Under the pieces are notes generated by a model. The model made no database searches. It was not told the DNA's origin and saw only the letters and a program-made list of their open reading frames with translations. Positions 48,601-60,789 of a stretch of 64,000 nt of DNA are shown piece by piece; positions within the stretch are counted from its first letter, which is position 1; the number at the start of each line of letters is the position of its first letter. The stretch lies in the NCBI GenBank assembly GCA_951406725.2, contig OX597843.1:13454001-13518000 (forward strand), given 5' to 3'. Source of the DNA: Octopus vulgaris (lineage: Eukaryota). Both the position numbers and the translations under genes were made by a program.

Positions 48601-51276
48601 ATAGAAATATTGAATCTACCCCAGTATTTCACTGCTACTTTATTTTATCCACCCCACAACAATGAAAGGTAAAGTTAGTGTTAGTCTTCTATCATAATTC
48701 CCTTGGAATCTCAGATGTTTATAGAAATATTAAATCTACCCCAGTATTTCACTGCTACTTTATTTTATCCACCCCACAACAATGAAAGGTAAAGTTAGTG
48801 TTAGTCTTCTATCATAATTCCCTTGGAATCTCAGATGTTTATAGAAATATTAAATCTACCCCAGTATTTCACTGCTACTTTATTTTATCCACCCCACAAC
48901 AATGAAAGGTGAAGTTAGTGTTAGTCTTCTATTATAATTCCCTTGGCATCTCAGAAGTTTTATAGAAATATTAAATCTACCCCAGTATTTCACTGCTACT
49001 TTATTTTATCCACCCCACAACAATGAAAGGTAAAGTTAGTGTTAGTCTTCTATCATAATTCCCTTGGAATCTCAGATGTTTATAGAAATATTAAATCTAC
49101 CCCAGTATTTCACTGCTACTTTATTTTTTCCACCCCACAACAATGAAAGGTAAAGTTAGTGTTAGTCTTCTATCATAATTCCCTTGGAATCTCAGATGTT
49201 TATAGAAATATTAAATCTACCCCAGTATTTCACTGCTACTTTATTTTTTCCACCCCACAACAATGAAAGGTAAAGTTAGTGTTAGTCTTCTATCATAATT
49301 CCCTTGGCATCTCAGATGTTTATAGAAATATTAAATCTACCCCAGTATTTCACTGCTACTTTATTTATCCGCCCCACAACAATGAAAAGTAAAGTTAGTG
49401 TTAGTCTTCTATCATAATTCCCTTGGAATCTCAGATGTTTATAGAAATATTAAATCTACCCCAGTATTTCACTGCTACTTTATTTTTTCCACCCCACAAC
49501 AATGAAAGGTAAAGTTAGTGTTAGTCTTCTATCATAATTCCCTTGGTATCTCAGATGTTTATAGAAATATTAAATCTACCCCAGTATTTCACTGCTACTT
49601 TATTTTATCCACCCCACAACAATGAAAGGTAAAGTTAGTGTTAGTCTTCTATCATAATTCCCTTGGCATCTCAGATGTTTATAGAAATATTAAATCTACC
49701 CCAGTATTTCACTGCTACTTTATTTTATCCACCCCACAACAATGAAAGGTAAAGTTAGTGTTAGTCTTCTATCATAATTCCCTTGGCATCTCAGATGTTT
49801 ATAGAAATATTAAATCTACCCCAGTATTTCACTGCTACTTTATTTTATCCACCCCACAACAATGAAAGGTAAAGTTAGTGTTAGTCTTCTATCATAATTC
49901 CCTTGGCATCTCAGATGTTTATAGAAATATTAAATCTACCCCAGATTTCACTGCTACTTTATTTTATCCACCCACAACAATGAAAGGTAAAGTTAGTGTT
50001 AGTCTTCTATCATAATTCCCTTGATCTCAGATGTTTATAGAATATTAAATCTCAGATTTCACTGCTACTTTATTTTATCCACCCCACAACAATGAAAGGT
50101 AAAGTTAGTGTTAGTCTTCTATCATAATTCCCTTGGCATCTCAGAAGTTTTATAGAAATATTAAATCTACCCCAGTATTTCACTGCTACTTTATTTTATC
50201 CACCCCACAACAATGAAAGGTAAAATTAGTGTTAGTCTTCTATTATAATTCCCTTGGCATCTCAGATGATTATAGAAATATTAAATCTACCCCAGTATTT
50301 CACTGCTACTTTATTTTTTCCACCCCACAACAATGAAAGGTAAAGTTAGTGTTAGTCTTCTATCATAATTCCCTTGGAATCTCAGATGTTTATAGAAATA
50401 TTAAATCTACCCCACTATTTCACTGCTACTTTATTTTTTCCACCCCACAACAATGAAAGGTAAAGTTAGTGTTAGTCTTCTATCATAATTCCCTTGGCAT
50501 CTCAGATGTTTATAGGAAATATTAAATCTACCCCAGTATTTCACTGCTACTTTATTTTTTCCACCCCACAACAATGAAAGGTAAAGTTAGTGTTAGTCTT
50601 CTATCATAATTCCCTTGGCATCTCAGATGATTATAGAAATATTAAATCTACCCCAGTATTTCACTGCTACTTTATTTTTTCCACCCCACAACAATGAAAC
50701 GTAAAGTTAGTGTTAGTCTTCTATCATAATTCCCTTGGCATCTCAGATATTTATAGAAATATTGAATCTTCCCCAGTATTTCACTGCTACTTTATTTTTT
50801 CCACCCCACAACAAAGAAAGGTAAAGTTAGTGTTAGTCTTCTATCATAATTCCCTTGGCATCTCAGATGTTTATAGAAATATTAAATCTACCCCAGTATT
50901 TCACTGCTACTTTATTGTATCCACCCCACGACAAAAAAAGGTAAAGTTAGTGTTTGTCTTCTATCATAATTCCCTTGGCATCTCAGATATTTATAGAAAT
51001 ATTAAATCTTCCCCAGTATTTCACTGCTACTTTATTGTATCCACCCCACAACAAAGAAAGGTAAAGTTAGTGTTAGTCTTCTATCATAATTCCCTTGGCA
51101 TCGCAGATATTTTTAGAAATATTAAATCTACCCCAGTATTTCACTGCTACTTTATTTTTTCCACCCCACACCAATGAAAGGTAAAGTTAGTGTTAGTCTT
51201 CTATCATAATTCCCTTGGAATCTCAGATGTTTATAGAAATATTAAATCTACCCCAGTATTTCACTGCTACTTTATT
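45666..51276. repeat. Satellite B (inverted orientation); homogeneous 120-bp variant from ~48000
   Basis: The monomer resumes in register after the TSD. An exact 120-bp period is seen at, for example, 49561/49681/49801. Confidence 0.97.
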
Positions 51277-51469
51277 TCATCAAAAACTTCTGATCAAAAG
51301 GCTGAAAGGCGAAGTTGTAGTTTAGAGATGTTACTAAACACCACAAGGCACTTCGTTTATTGCTCGACCAATTCCAGGACCACAATGCTTTCAGACAAGA
51401 CTTTTGCAGACAACAGAACTCTTGTCCTCTTCAATGTCCACTTTTACATACTCTCCTTCTCTCAGTTCG

Positions 51470-52260
51470 TTTCTTACTCTCTCGATAGTCTTTTGGCGCT
51501 TCTTCTTTTTCGCTTTTCTTTTCTTTCCCCTCTCTCTATTATTTAATCTTTCTTTTATATCGTTCTCTTTCTCATTCTCTCCACATACACACATTTGTCT
51601 TTCCCCCTGTCTATGTAACTATTACTCTTTCACATCTCACTTTCTCATGCTTTCTCTAACTTTCACTCTTTCCATCTTACTTTTCTCTCCTCCCTCTCTT
51701 CCCTTCTCTATCTATTACTCTATCATCGCTCTGTTTCTCTCTCTCTTTACACTGTATTTCCCTCCAACTCTCACTTGTCCATTCCTCCTTCAGTTTAAAT
51801 AACACCTGATACTACTACCCTTCCTCCTACTCACCTCAGCCTATACCCCAGGCTTCTCCCTCTATTTCTTACGCTATCGCACCTTCCGTGTCACCACCAC
51901 CTGTTAATCTCAAACTGATACCACCACCCTTCTTTCTCCCACCCCACCCTTTCTCTCTCTCTTTCTCTATCTTCCTGTCTCACCCTCTTCCCTCTCTATA
52001 TGTCTATCTCTCTCTCTTTTTCCTCTCCCTATCTATCTCTCTATATAACTCCCTTCCTTCTCTCTATTTGTGACTGTCTCCCCAACCCCTCTCTCTCTCT
52101 ATACCTGTCTCACTGTTTCTCTCCCCCTCTCTCAAGCCTTTCTCTCCTCTCTTTCTCTGTCTCTCTCTCTCCTCTTTTTCTCTCTGTCCGTATCTCTTCC
52201 CTCACACACTCTTTCTCTCTCTCTATCTGCCTATCTAGAACCCCCTACCTTCCTATACCC
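51470..52260. repeat. Polypyrimidine (CT-rich) low-complexity tract
   Basis: Degenerate (CT)n. Confidence 0.8.
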
Positions 52261-52477
52261 ACCACTAACATAACTAAACAGGGTTTCTATCATAGAAATA
52301 CAATCCCATATCATTGAGAAGTGGCAGGAGATGACACGGGGCCGATTACAATTGTATGGTATTCGTCTGGTCTTATCCTCTTTTCTGTTGACCCCGAAAG
52401 AAACAGCAAAGAAGAAAACGAAAGTTGGATTTGAAACCCAGTGTGTGAAGGGAAGTAACTACATATGGCACATTGGA

Positions 52478-52608
52478 AGTCTGGTTGTGTGGGAAGAAGC
52501 TTGCTTCCCAACCACATGGTTCTGGGTTCAGTCCGACTGCGTGGCACCTTGGACAAAAGCCGACCAGAGGCTTGTGAGGGGATTTGGTAGACAGAAACAG
52601 AAAGAAGA
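52478..52608 (+). mobile_element. Diverged SINE family 1 5' fragment
   Basis: tggttgtgtgg...ccaaccacatggttctgggttcagtcc...gatttggtagacagaaac. Confidence 0.7.
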
Positions 52609-52614
52609 GATCTT

Positions 52615-53289
52615 GGATCTTTTCTTTTTGAACGGTAATTTTTGAACACAATTTCTAGTTAACTAAACACTTTTAAACTTCGTATTCTGGCAGAATGTGT
52701 CAAAATAAAACATTTTTTTCTCTTGGCTTTCTTGAGAAAATTGTAATTTGTAAGTTTAACGTAGTTTAATTTTTCGAATTTTAACCAATCCTATGCTCTC
52801 TTTCGAGCTAAAATCATTTGCTGCGTCTAAAACTGAGACAACATCCTGTAACTAACCCTAACCCTCACCCTAACCCTAAATTTTAGCCTTTCGTTTTTGT
52901 TTTTTTTTTTCTTAATTGTTAAATTAATTTAATTGTTACGCGTGTGTCTAAAATGATTCGTTTTGTTTTTGTTTTGAGATTTTGCTTTCTTTTTAGCCTT
53001 TCGTTTTTTTTTTCTTAATTGTTAAATTAAAATTATTTTCCATTGCTTTCATTTTAGCCTATCATTTTTTTCCCTTAAATTAATTTAACAATTAAGAAAA
53101 AAAAAACGAAAGGCTAAAATTTAGGGTTAGGGTTAGTTACAGGATGTTGTCTCAGTTTTAGACGCAGCAAATGATTTTAGCTAAATTAGAGGCAATTCAT
53201 TGGTTAAAATTCAAAAAATTAAACTACGTTAAACAAACAAATTACAATTTTCTCAAGAAAGCCAAGAGAAAAAAATGTTTTATTTTGAC
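52615..53289. mobile_element. Foldback-type non-autonomous DNA transposon with (TAACCC)n, right end truncated
   Basis: It starts GGATCTTTTC like the MITEs at 59370 and 60331. Inverted arms span ~52699-52930 and ~53080-53289, each with telomere-type hexamers. Confidence 0.75.
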
Positions 53290-53993
53290 TGACATCTTTT
53301 AAGATGTCAGTCAAAATCAGTCAAAGGGAGGTAATTGTCGTGAGCCAAGGGTCGTGAGCCAATAGAACCTCATTGAAATTAGCCTACTTGCTGGGCCACC
53401 CCCTCTCGCTCTCTTATTATACTATAGATTACTGCATCCAGTTGTAATACGAATTAAATTTTTCAAGACCATAATTATTTTTAATCTCTGCTCAATCTCC
53501 CATTGGTGCTATGCGCATATTAGATGCAATGAGAATTTTTTAAAGCTTTTTTGGGGGGCGGGGAGATGCGCCCAAAAGCTGCCTCCAGTATTGTGTTGAG
53601 TGCTGTGTTTTTTGCAGTGTGTTATTAAAGCCCTAAGATGCTGCCCAAACGCCTTACTCCTTCTAAGACTTCTGGCAGTGAACCCAAGCGCCAGGAAAAG
53701 GTTATGACGCTCCATGAGACAGCAAAACTACAGGATATGTTCTGGAAGTGATGCTGCAGTCGGTCGCTATTATGTTGTCAACGACAGAATCATACGCTAC
53801 ATAAAGAAGAACGAGGTGGCGATCAGGACTACCATAGCAGTAAGTTTCTATGAAAGTGCCAAAAAGATAATGATGGTGAGAAATAAGCAGTTTGTCAGGA
53901 TGGAACCTGCCTTGGCATTGTGGATCAGTGACTGCAAGAAGGAAAGCATCCCCTTCAGTGGTAACATCATTCGTGAGAAAGCGTGGAAATTAT

Positions 53994-54218
53994 ACCTATT
54001 TCTTTACTACCCACAAGGGGCTAAACACAGAAGGGACAAACAAGGACAGACAGAGGGATTAATTCAATTATATCGATCCCCAGTGCGTAACTGGTACTTA
54101 ATTTATCGACCCCGAAAGGATGAAAGGCAATGTCGACCTCGGCGGAATTTGAACTCAGAAAGTAGCGGCAGACGAAATACTGCAAAGCATTTCGCCTGGC
54201 GTGCTAACGTTTCTGCCC
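53994..54218 (-). mobile_element. SINE family 2 (Meta-like core) inside transposase
   Basis: ggtacttaatttatcgaccccgaaaggatgaaaggcaatgtcgacctcggcggaatttgaactcag. Confidence 0.78.
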
Positions 54219-54544
54219 ATCAGAGGAGACAGCGCAGAAGGCATCCAAAAACCACATCCAAGATCACTGACAGAACCAGAATCCAAAGATTTTCAAACCA
54301 ACAAGGAATGGTTTGACCGTTTCCAGAAACGGTTTAAAATAAAGTGTTTTTCTATGCATAGAAAGACAGCATCAGTCAACAAAAAAGCCCCTGAGAAGAA
54401 CCTCAAGACCTTCAGGCAGATCATCGAGGACAAGGGATACCAGCCGGAACAGGTCTTCAATATGGACGAGACTGGCTTGTTCTGGAAGAAGATGCCTTCC
54501 ATAACGTACATCATGAAGGACGAAGCCAGAACCTCGGCATTTAA

Positions 54545-54958
54545 GGCACAGGAGTGGCTGTGTGGTAAGTAGCTTGCTAACCAACCACGTGGTTCCGGGT
54601 TCAGTCCCACTGCATGGCACCTTGGGCAAGTGTCTTCTGCTATAGCCTCGGGCCGACCAATGCCTTGTGAGTGGATTTGGTAGACGGAAACTGAAAGAAG
54701 CTTGTCGTATATATGTATATATATATGTGTATGTGTATGTTTGTGTGTCTGTGTTTGTCCCCCTAGCATTGCTTGACAACCGATGCTGGTATGTTTATGT
54801 CCCCGTTACTTAGTGGTTCAGCAAAAGAGACCGATAGAATAAGTACTGGGCTTACAAAAAGAATAAGTCCCGGGGTCGAGTTGCTCGATTAAAGGCGGTG
54901 CTCCAGCATGGCCGCAGTCAAATGACTGAAACAAGTAAAAGAGTAAAAGAATAAAGAG
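54545..54958 (+). mobile_element. Full-length SINE family 1 inside transposase
   Basis: ggcacaggagtggctgtgtggtaag head through to the gtaaaagagtaaaaga tail. Confidence 0.88.
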
Positions 54959-55496
54959 AGTACCTGTCAACAGGATGCACAACCCCAAGGCCTGGATTAC
55001 CAAAAGTCTACCTTTAAATTGGTTCCACCAATGCTTCGTCCCTCAAGCCAAGGAATACCTCCAAAATGTTTGCATGGAATTCAAGGTGTTGCTCGTTATG
55101 GATAATGGTGGTGGTCACTCTTTGGATTGGATTCATGAGGGAGTCCAAGTCAAGTTCCTCCTTGCCAACTCCACCTCCCTCATCCAGCCTATGGATCAAG
55201 GTGTGATCCGTGCCTTCAAGGCACTTTACACTCAGGACTCTCTCCACAGAAGAGAATTTCAAGTTAAAGGAGTCCTGGTGTAACTTCACAATTGCAACAG
55301 ATCTGTCAGTCATCCATGCTGCTCTTAAAGACATGGAAACAGAAACCCTCATCGTATTCTGGAAGAAGGTGTAGCCAGAGTGTGTCCAGGACTACGAGGG
55401 CTTTGCACCTTAAAATATTCGGCACAAGGCTGCCAACAATGCGTTGAAACTGGCAAAGATATGTGGCAGCGAAGATTTTTACATCCCACATGATGA

Positions 55497-55672
55497 GATC
55501 ATGACCATACCAGCGCAGTGGTCTCTCTTGCACACCACATCTGATGCTTCTTAGGTACTTACACTCTGTCGAGTAAGCACACTGACATTACACATCTATC
55601 GGATCATACTGGCTTCATTCCTTGCGAGCTTACGCATGTCCTCAGCAGTCACAGCCCATGTTTCACTGCCAT
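55497..55672 (-). mobile_element. RTE ORF fragment
   Basis: The reverse complement encodes GSETWAVTAEDMRKLARNEASM...QERPLRWYGH. Confidence 0.8.
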
Positions 55673-55697
55673 ATATATACATATTATATATATATAT

Positions 55698-55998
55698 ATC
55701 ACATCATGTGATCATGTGACCGACCAGGCTATCAAATGTTGCTACACATCGCTGGTCACAATGCATTTCGCATTGTTTTAGCCTTTAAATGACGCCACTC
55801 GGCTGGGTGAGCGAGCAGGCCAACAGAAGAAAGAGTGAGAGAAAGTTGCGGCGAAAGAGTACAGCAAGGATCACCACCATCCCCTGCCGGAGCCTTGTGG
55901 AGCTTTAGGTGTTTTCGCTCAATAAACACTCACAACAGCCGGTCTGAGAATTGAAACCGCGAGTCCACTGCCCTAACCACTGAGCCATTGTGCCTCCA
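55698..55998 (-). mobile_element. tRNA-derived SINE (family 3)
   Basis: Minus-strand head ggaggcacaatggctcagtggttagggcagtggactc...ggtttcaattc (A/B boxes), embedded in (TA)n. Confidence 0.6.
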
Positions 55999-56048
55999 CA
56001 CACACATATATATATACATATGTATATATATATGTATATATGTATGTG

Positions 56049-56081
<33 letters not shown>

Positions 56082-56204
56082 ATGTATATACATATGTATA
56101 TATATATGTATATATATATATAAGTTAAAGTAGTGAGGAAACAAAGAAACTGTGTGAGCTGCTCTTGGAATGCAAACCAGTTAGTTTAAGTGACCCTAAT
56201 GAAA

Positions 56205-56408
56205 CTCCTTGTTAGGTGCCATGTAAGAAGCACCCTTCATACACTTTGTAGAGTGGTTGACATGAGGAAGGGCATCCAGCTGTAGAAACCCCGTCAAAAC
56301 AGTTAATGGAGGCCAGTGCAGACTTCTGACCAGCCAGCTCCTGTCAAACCATTCAATTTAGGACAGCAAGGAAAATGGATGTTAAATGTCGATGATGATG
56401 ATGATGAT
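56205..56408 (+). mobile_element. RTE tail fragment
   Basis: gaggaagggcatccagctgtagaaac...ggatgttaaat..(gat)n. Confidence 0.65.
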
Positions 56409-56412
56409 ATAT

Positions 56413-56824
56413 AGACGCAGGAGTGGCTGTGTGGTAAGTAGCTTGCTAACCAACCACATGGTTCCGGGTTCAGTCCCACTGCGTGGCATCTTGGGCAAGT
56501 GTCTTCTGCTATAGCCCCGGGCCGACCAATGCCTTGTGAGTGGATTTGGTAGACAGTAACTGAAAGAAGCCTGACGTATATATGTATATATATATATATG
56601 TGTATGTGTATATGTTTGTGTGTCTGTGTTTGTCCCCCAACATTGCTTGACAACCGATGCTGGTGTGTTTACGTCCCCGTCACTTTGCGGTTCGGCAAAA
56701 GAGACCGATAGAATAAGTACTGGGCTTACAAAGAACAAGTCCCGGGGTCGAGTTGCTCGACTAAAGGCGGTGCTCCAGCATGGCCGCAGTCAAATGACTG
56801 AAACAAGTAAAAGAGTAAAAGAGT
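56413..56824 (+). mobile_element. Full-length SINE family 1
   Basis: Head, B box, body and (aaaagagt)2 tail as in the other copies. Confidence 0.88.
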
Positions 56825-57151
56825 GTGTGTGTGTGTGTGTGTTATACTATAATGTTCTCTTACTCTGGTTGAGTCAAGTCACCCAATGAAAACACTAATA
56901 GTTTCCTGTTAGTTTTCAATTGTTTTTTGAAGTTCATTTGCTTTTAATTGGTTGTTGCCATGGCATTCGGTGATGCTCACACCTCCTCACATATTTCAAA
57001 TGCCTTTTACTATTCACAGTAATATAATCTGTTTGCTTAATATCAAAAGAGGTCATTCTAAGGTCAAGTGAGCACTATGGACATATTGTGTTTCTCTCAG
57101 ATGGACCAAAGCCTTGTGAATGGATTTGGCAGACAGAGACTGAAAGAAACC

Positions 57152-57348
57152 CATCATCATCATCATCATCATCATCATCATTTAATGTCCATTGTCTGTG
57201 CTGGCATGACTTGGATGGTTTGACCAGGGCTGATAGGCTGAGGGGCTGCACCAGACTCCAATTCTAATTTGGAATGGTTTCTATGGCTGGATGCCCTTCC
57301 TAATGCCCACCACTCCGAGAGTGTGTGCTGGGTGCTTTTACATGCCCA
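57152..57348 (-). mobile_element. RTE tail fragment
   Basis: (CAT)n...ctatggctggatgcccttcctaatgcc. Confidence 0.68.
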
Positions 57349-57394
57349 TTGGTCCCGTTGCCTCTGTGAGGTCTTCCCAGGTCTTCCTGGGTCT

Positions 57395-57788
57395 ACACCC
57401 ATAAAATTATCAACCATCGTACAAACAATAACTCTGAGCACCTTTTCAAACTCCACCCGTCTAACACCCATGGACATACAACACAGCTCCCATGACTTTC
57501 GGAAACATTTTTTCACGCTGAGAGTTGCTGAAGCATGGAACAGACTGCCGGCATCAGTTGTTAGTTGTCGGAGCACTGCATCCTTCAAAACTTCCACGCT
57601 TCCTGAGAGATTCGCCAACACTACACCTGATTTTTTCCCCTCCATACACACAAGCAAGCATGTATCTGACTCATACACTGTTCACTTCCCAGACATTTGT
57701 ACATTACTGCATATGCTTTATACGCACTTTCTGACAAATTGTGGGGCACCTGAGCACTGTATACAATAATTTCATTATTATTATTATT
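57395..57788 (+). mobile_element. CR1-group LINE 3' end
   Basis: HSSHDFRKHFFTLRVAEAWNRLPASVV...SFK is the CR1/L2 ORF2 C-terminal signature. The 3' UTR ends in (ATT)n. Confidence 0.8.
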
Positions 57789-57953
57789 CTTTATCTCTGT
57801 TTATCTATCTTTCTATCTCTCTGTATATCTTTCTTTCTATTTGTCTCTATGTCTTCCAACCTCTCTCTATATCTATCTTTCTATCTCTCTGTATATTTTT
57901 GTTTCTATATATCCTCTCTATATATCCATCTTTCTATCTGTCTCTATATCTAT

Positions 57954-58190
57954 CATGGAACAAACTGCCAGCATCAGTTGTTAGTTGTCGGAGCACTGCA
58001 TCCTTCAAAACTTCCATGCTTCCTGAGATTCGCCAACACTACACCTGATTTTCTCCCCTCCATACACACACAAGCTTGTATCTGACTCATACGCTGTTTG
58101 TACATTACTGCATATATTTTATATGCACTTTCTGACAAGTTGTGGTGCACCTGAGCACTGTATACAATAATTTCATTATTATTATTATTA
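57954..58190 (+). mobile_element. Second CR1-group 3' end
   Basis: Direct repeat of 57534-57788, with an (ATT)n tail. Confidence 0.8.
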
Positions 58191-58310
58191 CATCTACCAC
58201 AAGTTCCCTCAACAGTTAGAAATTGGCCCTTCTTTACACGGCTACCCTTGTCCATATGCATCACATGACCACACCGGCACAGACATCTCTCTTGCACATC
58301 ACATCTGATT
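58191..58310 (-). mobile_element. RTE ORF fragment
   Basis: QER.L...GHVMHMD..S.VKK...LTVEGTCGR. Confidence 0.72.
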
Positions 58311-58597
58311 CATCTTATGCCTAACTTGTTCTTCTTTCTGCCCCTCTTATCTTATAATTTACATTGCCTTTCTTGATTATTTGGGTTATTATGTCCAACG
58401 TCTCTATTATTATTATTACTACTCATTTCGCTGTTTCTATGCCTTAGTTTACTAAGGATATTTGCTCTTACGTTGCTGCTCTTTCTAGCATTTTCGTTTC
58501 CCTGTTCTTATGCTTGGACAGTGTCTACAGCAGTTAGCTCCCTTGGTTCGTTTTACTTCTTATCTTTATTTAACTCCTCTTGTTACTTTACTTTCAG

Positions 58598-59140
58598 GTA
58601 AAAGGATTGGAGACAAACACTTTCCTCTCTGGTCAACCTCTCATCAACTTCTTCAAGTATCACTTGAAAAGGAAAGTGAGACTAGAGAGGCAAGTTTTGT
58701 CTAGCGAATGCTTCAAAAAAAGATGGGTGAATGCAGCAAGGATGGCACATATGAATGACGAAGCCACCTTGAGCATAATCCTATGAACCCGGAAAAATTT
58801 AAAACAGAGGGTTACCTACTTGCAAACAAATGTAGTAACATGTAACATCATTGACCGAGGTTACCGTGGTCTTTTCTGTAGGCTTTTCTTTCCACGGATA
58901 AACCTTATCTGCTTCCCCCTTTACACTTTACATCATGACATTTCTGTGATACACGATCCCTATTGATCGTTTTTTTTCTTCTTTTCTTTTCATTCCTTTT
59001 TCTTCTTTTTTTTCCCTTTTATGATCCCTTTTGATCGAAAACTTACCCCACTTTTTTTTTCTTCTTTTCTCCCCATAAAGAAAAGCTCTACTTTGTAATC
59101 TGTCCTATCTGTGTGCAGCCCTGTGTGGCCAATAAAGAAA
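58598..59140 (+). mobile_element. Probable L1/Tx1-like LINE 3' end
   Basis: A short ORF end (FFKYHLKRKVRLERQVLS.ECFKKRW), a T-rich 3' UTR and a terminal aataaagaaa. The assignment rests on resemblance only. Confidence 0.4.
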
Positions 59141-59369
59141 CATATTAGGTAAAAGTTCATTTGCTTTTTGTAGAAATAATTTAATCTTTCTGTATTTTCT
59201 GCTGCTATTGTGCCATGTTCTTTGAATTTGAGAATGCTATTCTTACTAAATGCAAGCTGAAGATTTTATAATGCTTGTTACCTTTGGGAAAATATTTACC
59301 ACTGAATAAAATAATTTCAGAATGTTCATGCTGATTTGTTTGTCAAATGGGATAATAAACCTTTCAGTG

Positions 59370-59784
59370 GGATCTTTTCCGTTTGAACAGCAGTTTTTAA
59401 CATAATTTCCATGTAACTAAACACTTTTAAACTTCGTATACTGGTAGAATGTGTTTATAAAACATCTTTTTCTCTCGGCTTTATTGAGAAAATTCTATAG
59501 TTTGTAAGATATTTGTTGTTTTTTTCTTCAATTTCTGCAATTTCAACCAATCAATGACGTCTATTGAGGTAAAAAAACATTCTGTGCTGTATGAATATGT
59601 CCCTCGTTTAAGAAACAGATTGGGTTTATTTACATTTGTGAAGAAAAAAGATACCCTTCCCCCACCCCTAACCCTAACCCTAAAACAGATTGAAATGCAA
59701 TAGATCGATACTAGGGTTATAATTATGGGTGACAATTTCATATGATCCCGATAGAAAAAACTGCCGTTCAAACCGAAAAGATCC
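59370..59784. mobile_element. MITE with ~30-bp TIRs (GGATCTTTTC...), 8-bp TSD
   Basis: TIRs ggatcttttccgtttgaacagcagttttt / aaaaactgccgttcaaaccgaaaagatcc, TSD TTTCAGTG on both sides, and internal (ctaacc)3. Confidence 0.9.
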
Positions 59785-59837
59785 TTTCAGTGTTATTATG
59801 AGGTCTATTTTTATAGGAATTATTGTTATTTCTACTA

Positions 59838-60176
59838 GGAGGACTGAGGACTTGATGGGGATGCTGAGGTTGAAGGAATCAGTAGAATGGCTGGCAAGGG
59901 TGAAAGGAGTGCAGTGGTATGGGTATGTGTTGAGGAGGGGATGGGGAGCATGTTCTGAAGAGGGTGCTGGGGTCTGAGGTGAATGGACAACGAAGGCAAG
60001 GTAGATGGAGGAAAAGGTGGAAGGGACAGGTGGGGGAGGAGACTGGGAGGGTTGGCTTAAGAAGGGAGGATGCCCAAAACAGGGCAAGATGGTGTGAGGG
60101 CGGTTGCTATGGTATTGGGGGAGATCTGGCAACCCCAATGGGGACAAAACCAGGATTTAAAATGATGGATGGATGA
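59838..60176 (+). mobile_element. 3' end of a second RTE-type LINE family
   Basis: EDLMGML.LKESVE.LA...GVQWYGYVLRR / EVNG.RR.GR.RKRWK.QV.EE..RVGLRREDA.NRARW, with a (gatg)n tail. Confidence 0.65.
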
Positions 60177-60330
60177 CTAGGGCTGTTCCTCTTACATGTT
60201 TTATCTGGATATTTATTATTTTTTTATCTTATATTCGCTATCTGTTCTTTTGTTTTTATTTTTATTGTTATCATCATCATCATCATCATCATTGCTGTTG
60301 ATGTTTTTGCTGTGTTTTGTAATACTTTGG

Positions 60331-60743
60331 GGATCTTTTCTGTTTGACCGGCAGTTTTTTAACATAATTTCCACATAACTAAACACTTTTAAACTTCGTA
60401 TACTGGTAGAATGTGTTTATAAAACATCTTTTTCTCTCGGCTTTATTGAGAAAATTCTATAGTTTGTAAGATATTTGTTGGGGTTTTTTTCTTCAATTTC
60501 TGCAATTTCAACCAATCAACGACGTCTATTGAGTTAAAAAGCATTCTGTGCCATATGAATATGTCCCTCGTTTAAGAAACAGATTGGGTTTATTTACATT
60601 TGTGAAGAAAAAAGATACCCTTCCCACCACCCCTAACCCTAAATCAGATTGAAATGCAATAGATGGATACTAGGGTCATAATTATGGGTGACAATTTCAT
60701 ATGACACCGCTAGAAAAAACTGCCGGTCAAACGGAAAAGATCC
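60331..60743. mobile_element. Second copy of the GGATC-TIR MITE
   Basis: Highly similar to 59370-59784. TSD tactttgg/aactttgg (7/8 match). Confidence 0.9.
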
Positions 60744-60789
60744 AACTTTGGCTTACATTCCTGTTACCATTTCTTTAATAGAACCATTT

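Larger units (their letters stand above)
53638..55495 (+). pseudogene. Tigger/pogo (CENP-B-like HTH + DDE_1) transposase remnant interrupted by two SINEs
   Basis: EPKRQ.KVMTLHE; ME.ALALWI...IIREKA; WFDRFQKRF; VFNMDETGLFWKKMP; KAWIT...WF; LLVMDN...H; NSTSLIQPMDQGVIRAFKA. Frameshifts and stops are present. Confidence 0.9.

Noticed and set aside
12883-51546. Short ORFs within satellites A and B
   Set aside because: Chance stop-free stretches of tandem monomers, with no coding signature.
52850-53135. Telomere fusion site (inverted CCCTAA/TTAGGG)
   Set aside because: Only 2-4 hexamers per side, in the opposite polarity to an end-to-end fusion, and part of a transposon's inverted arms.
53638-55495. 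Domesticated CENP-B/TIGD gene next to satellite
   Set aside because: Frameshifts, stops, a deletion and two SINE insertions indicate a dead transposon copy.
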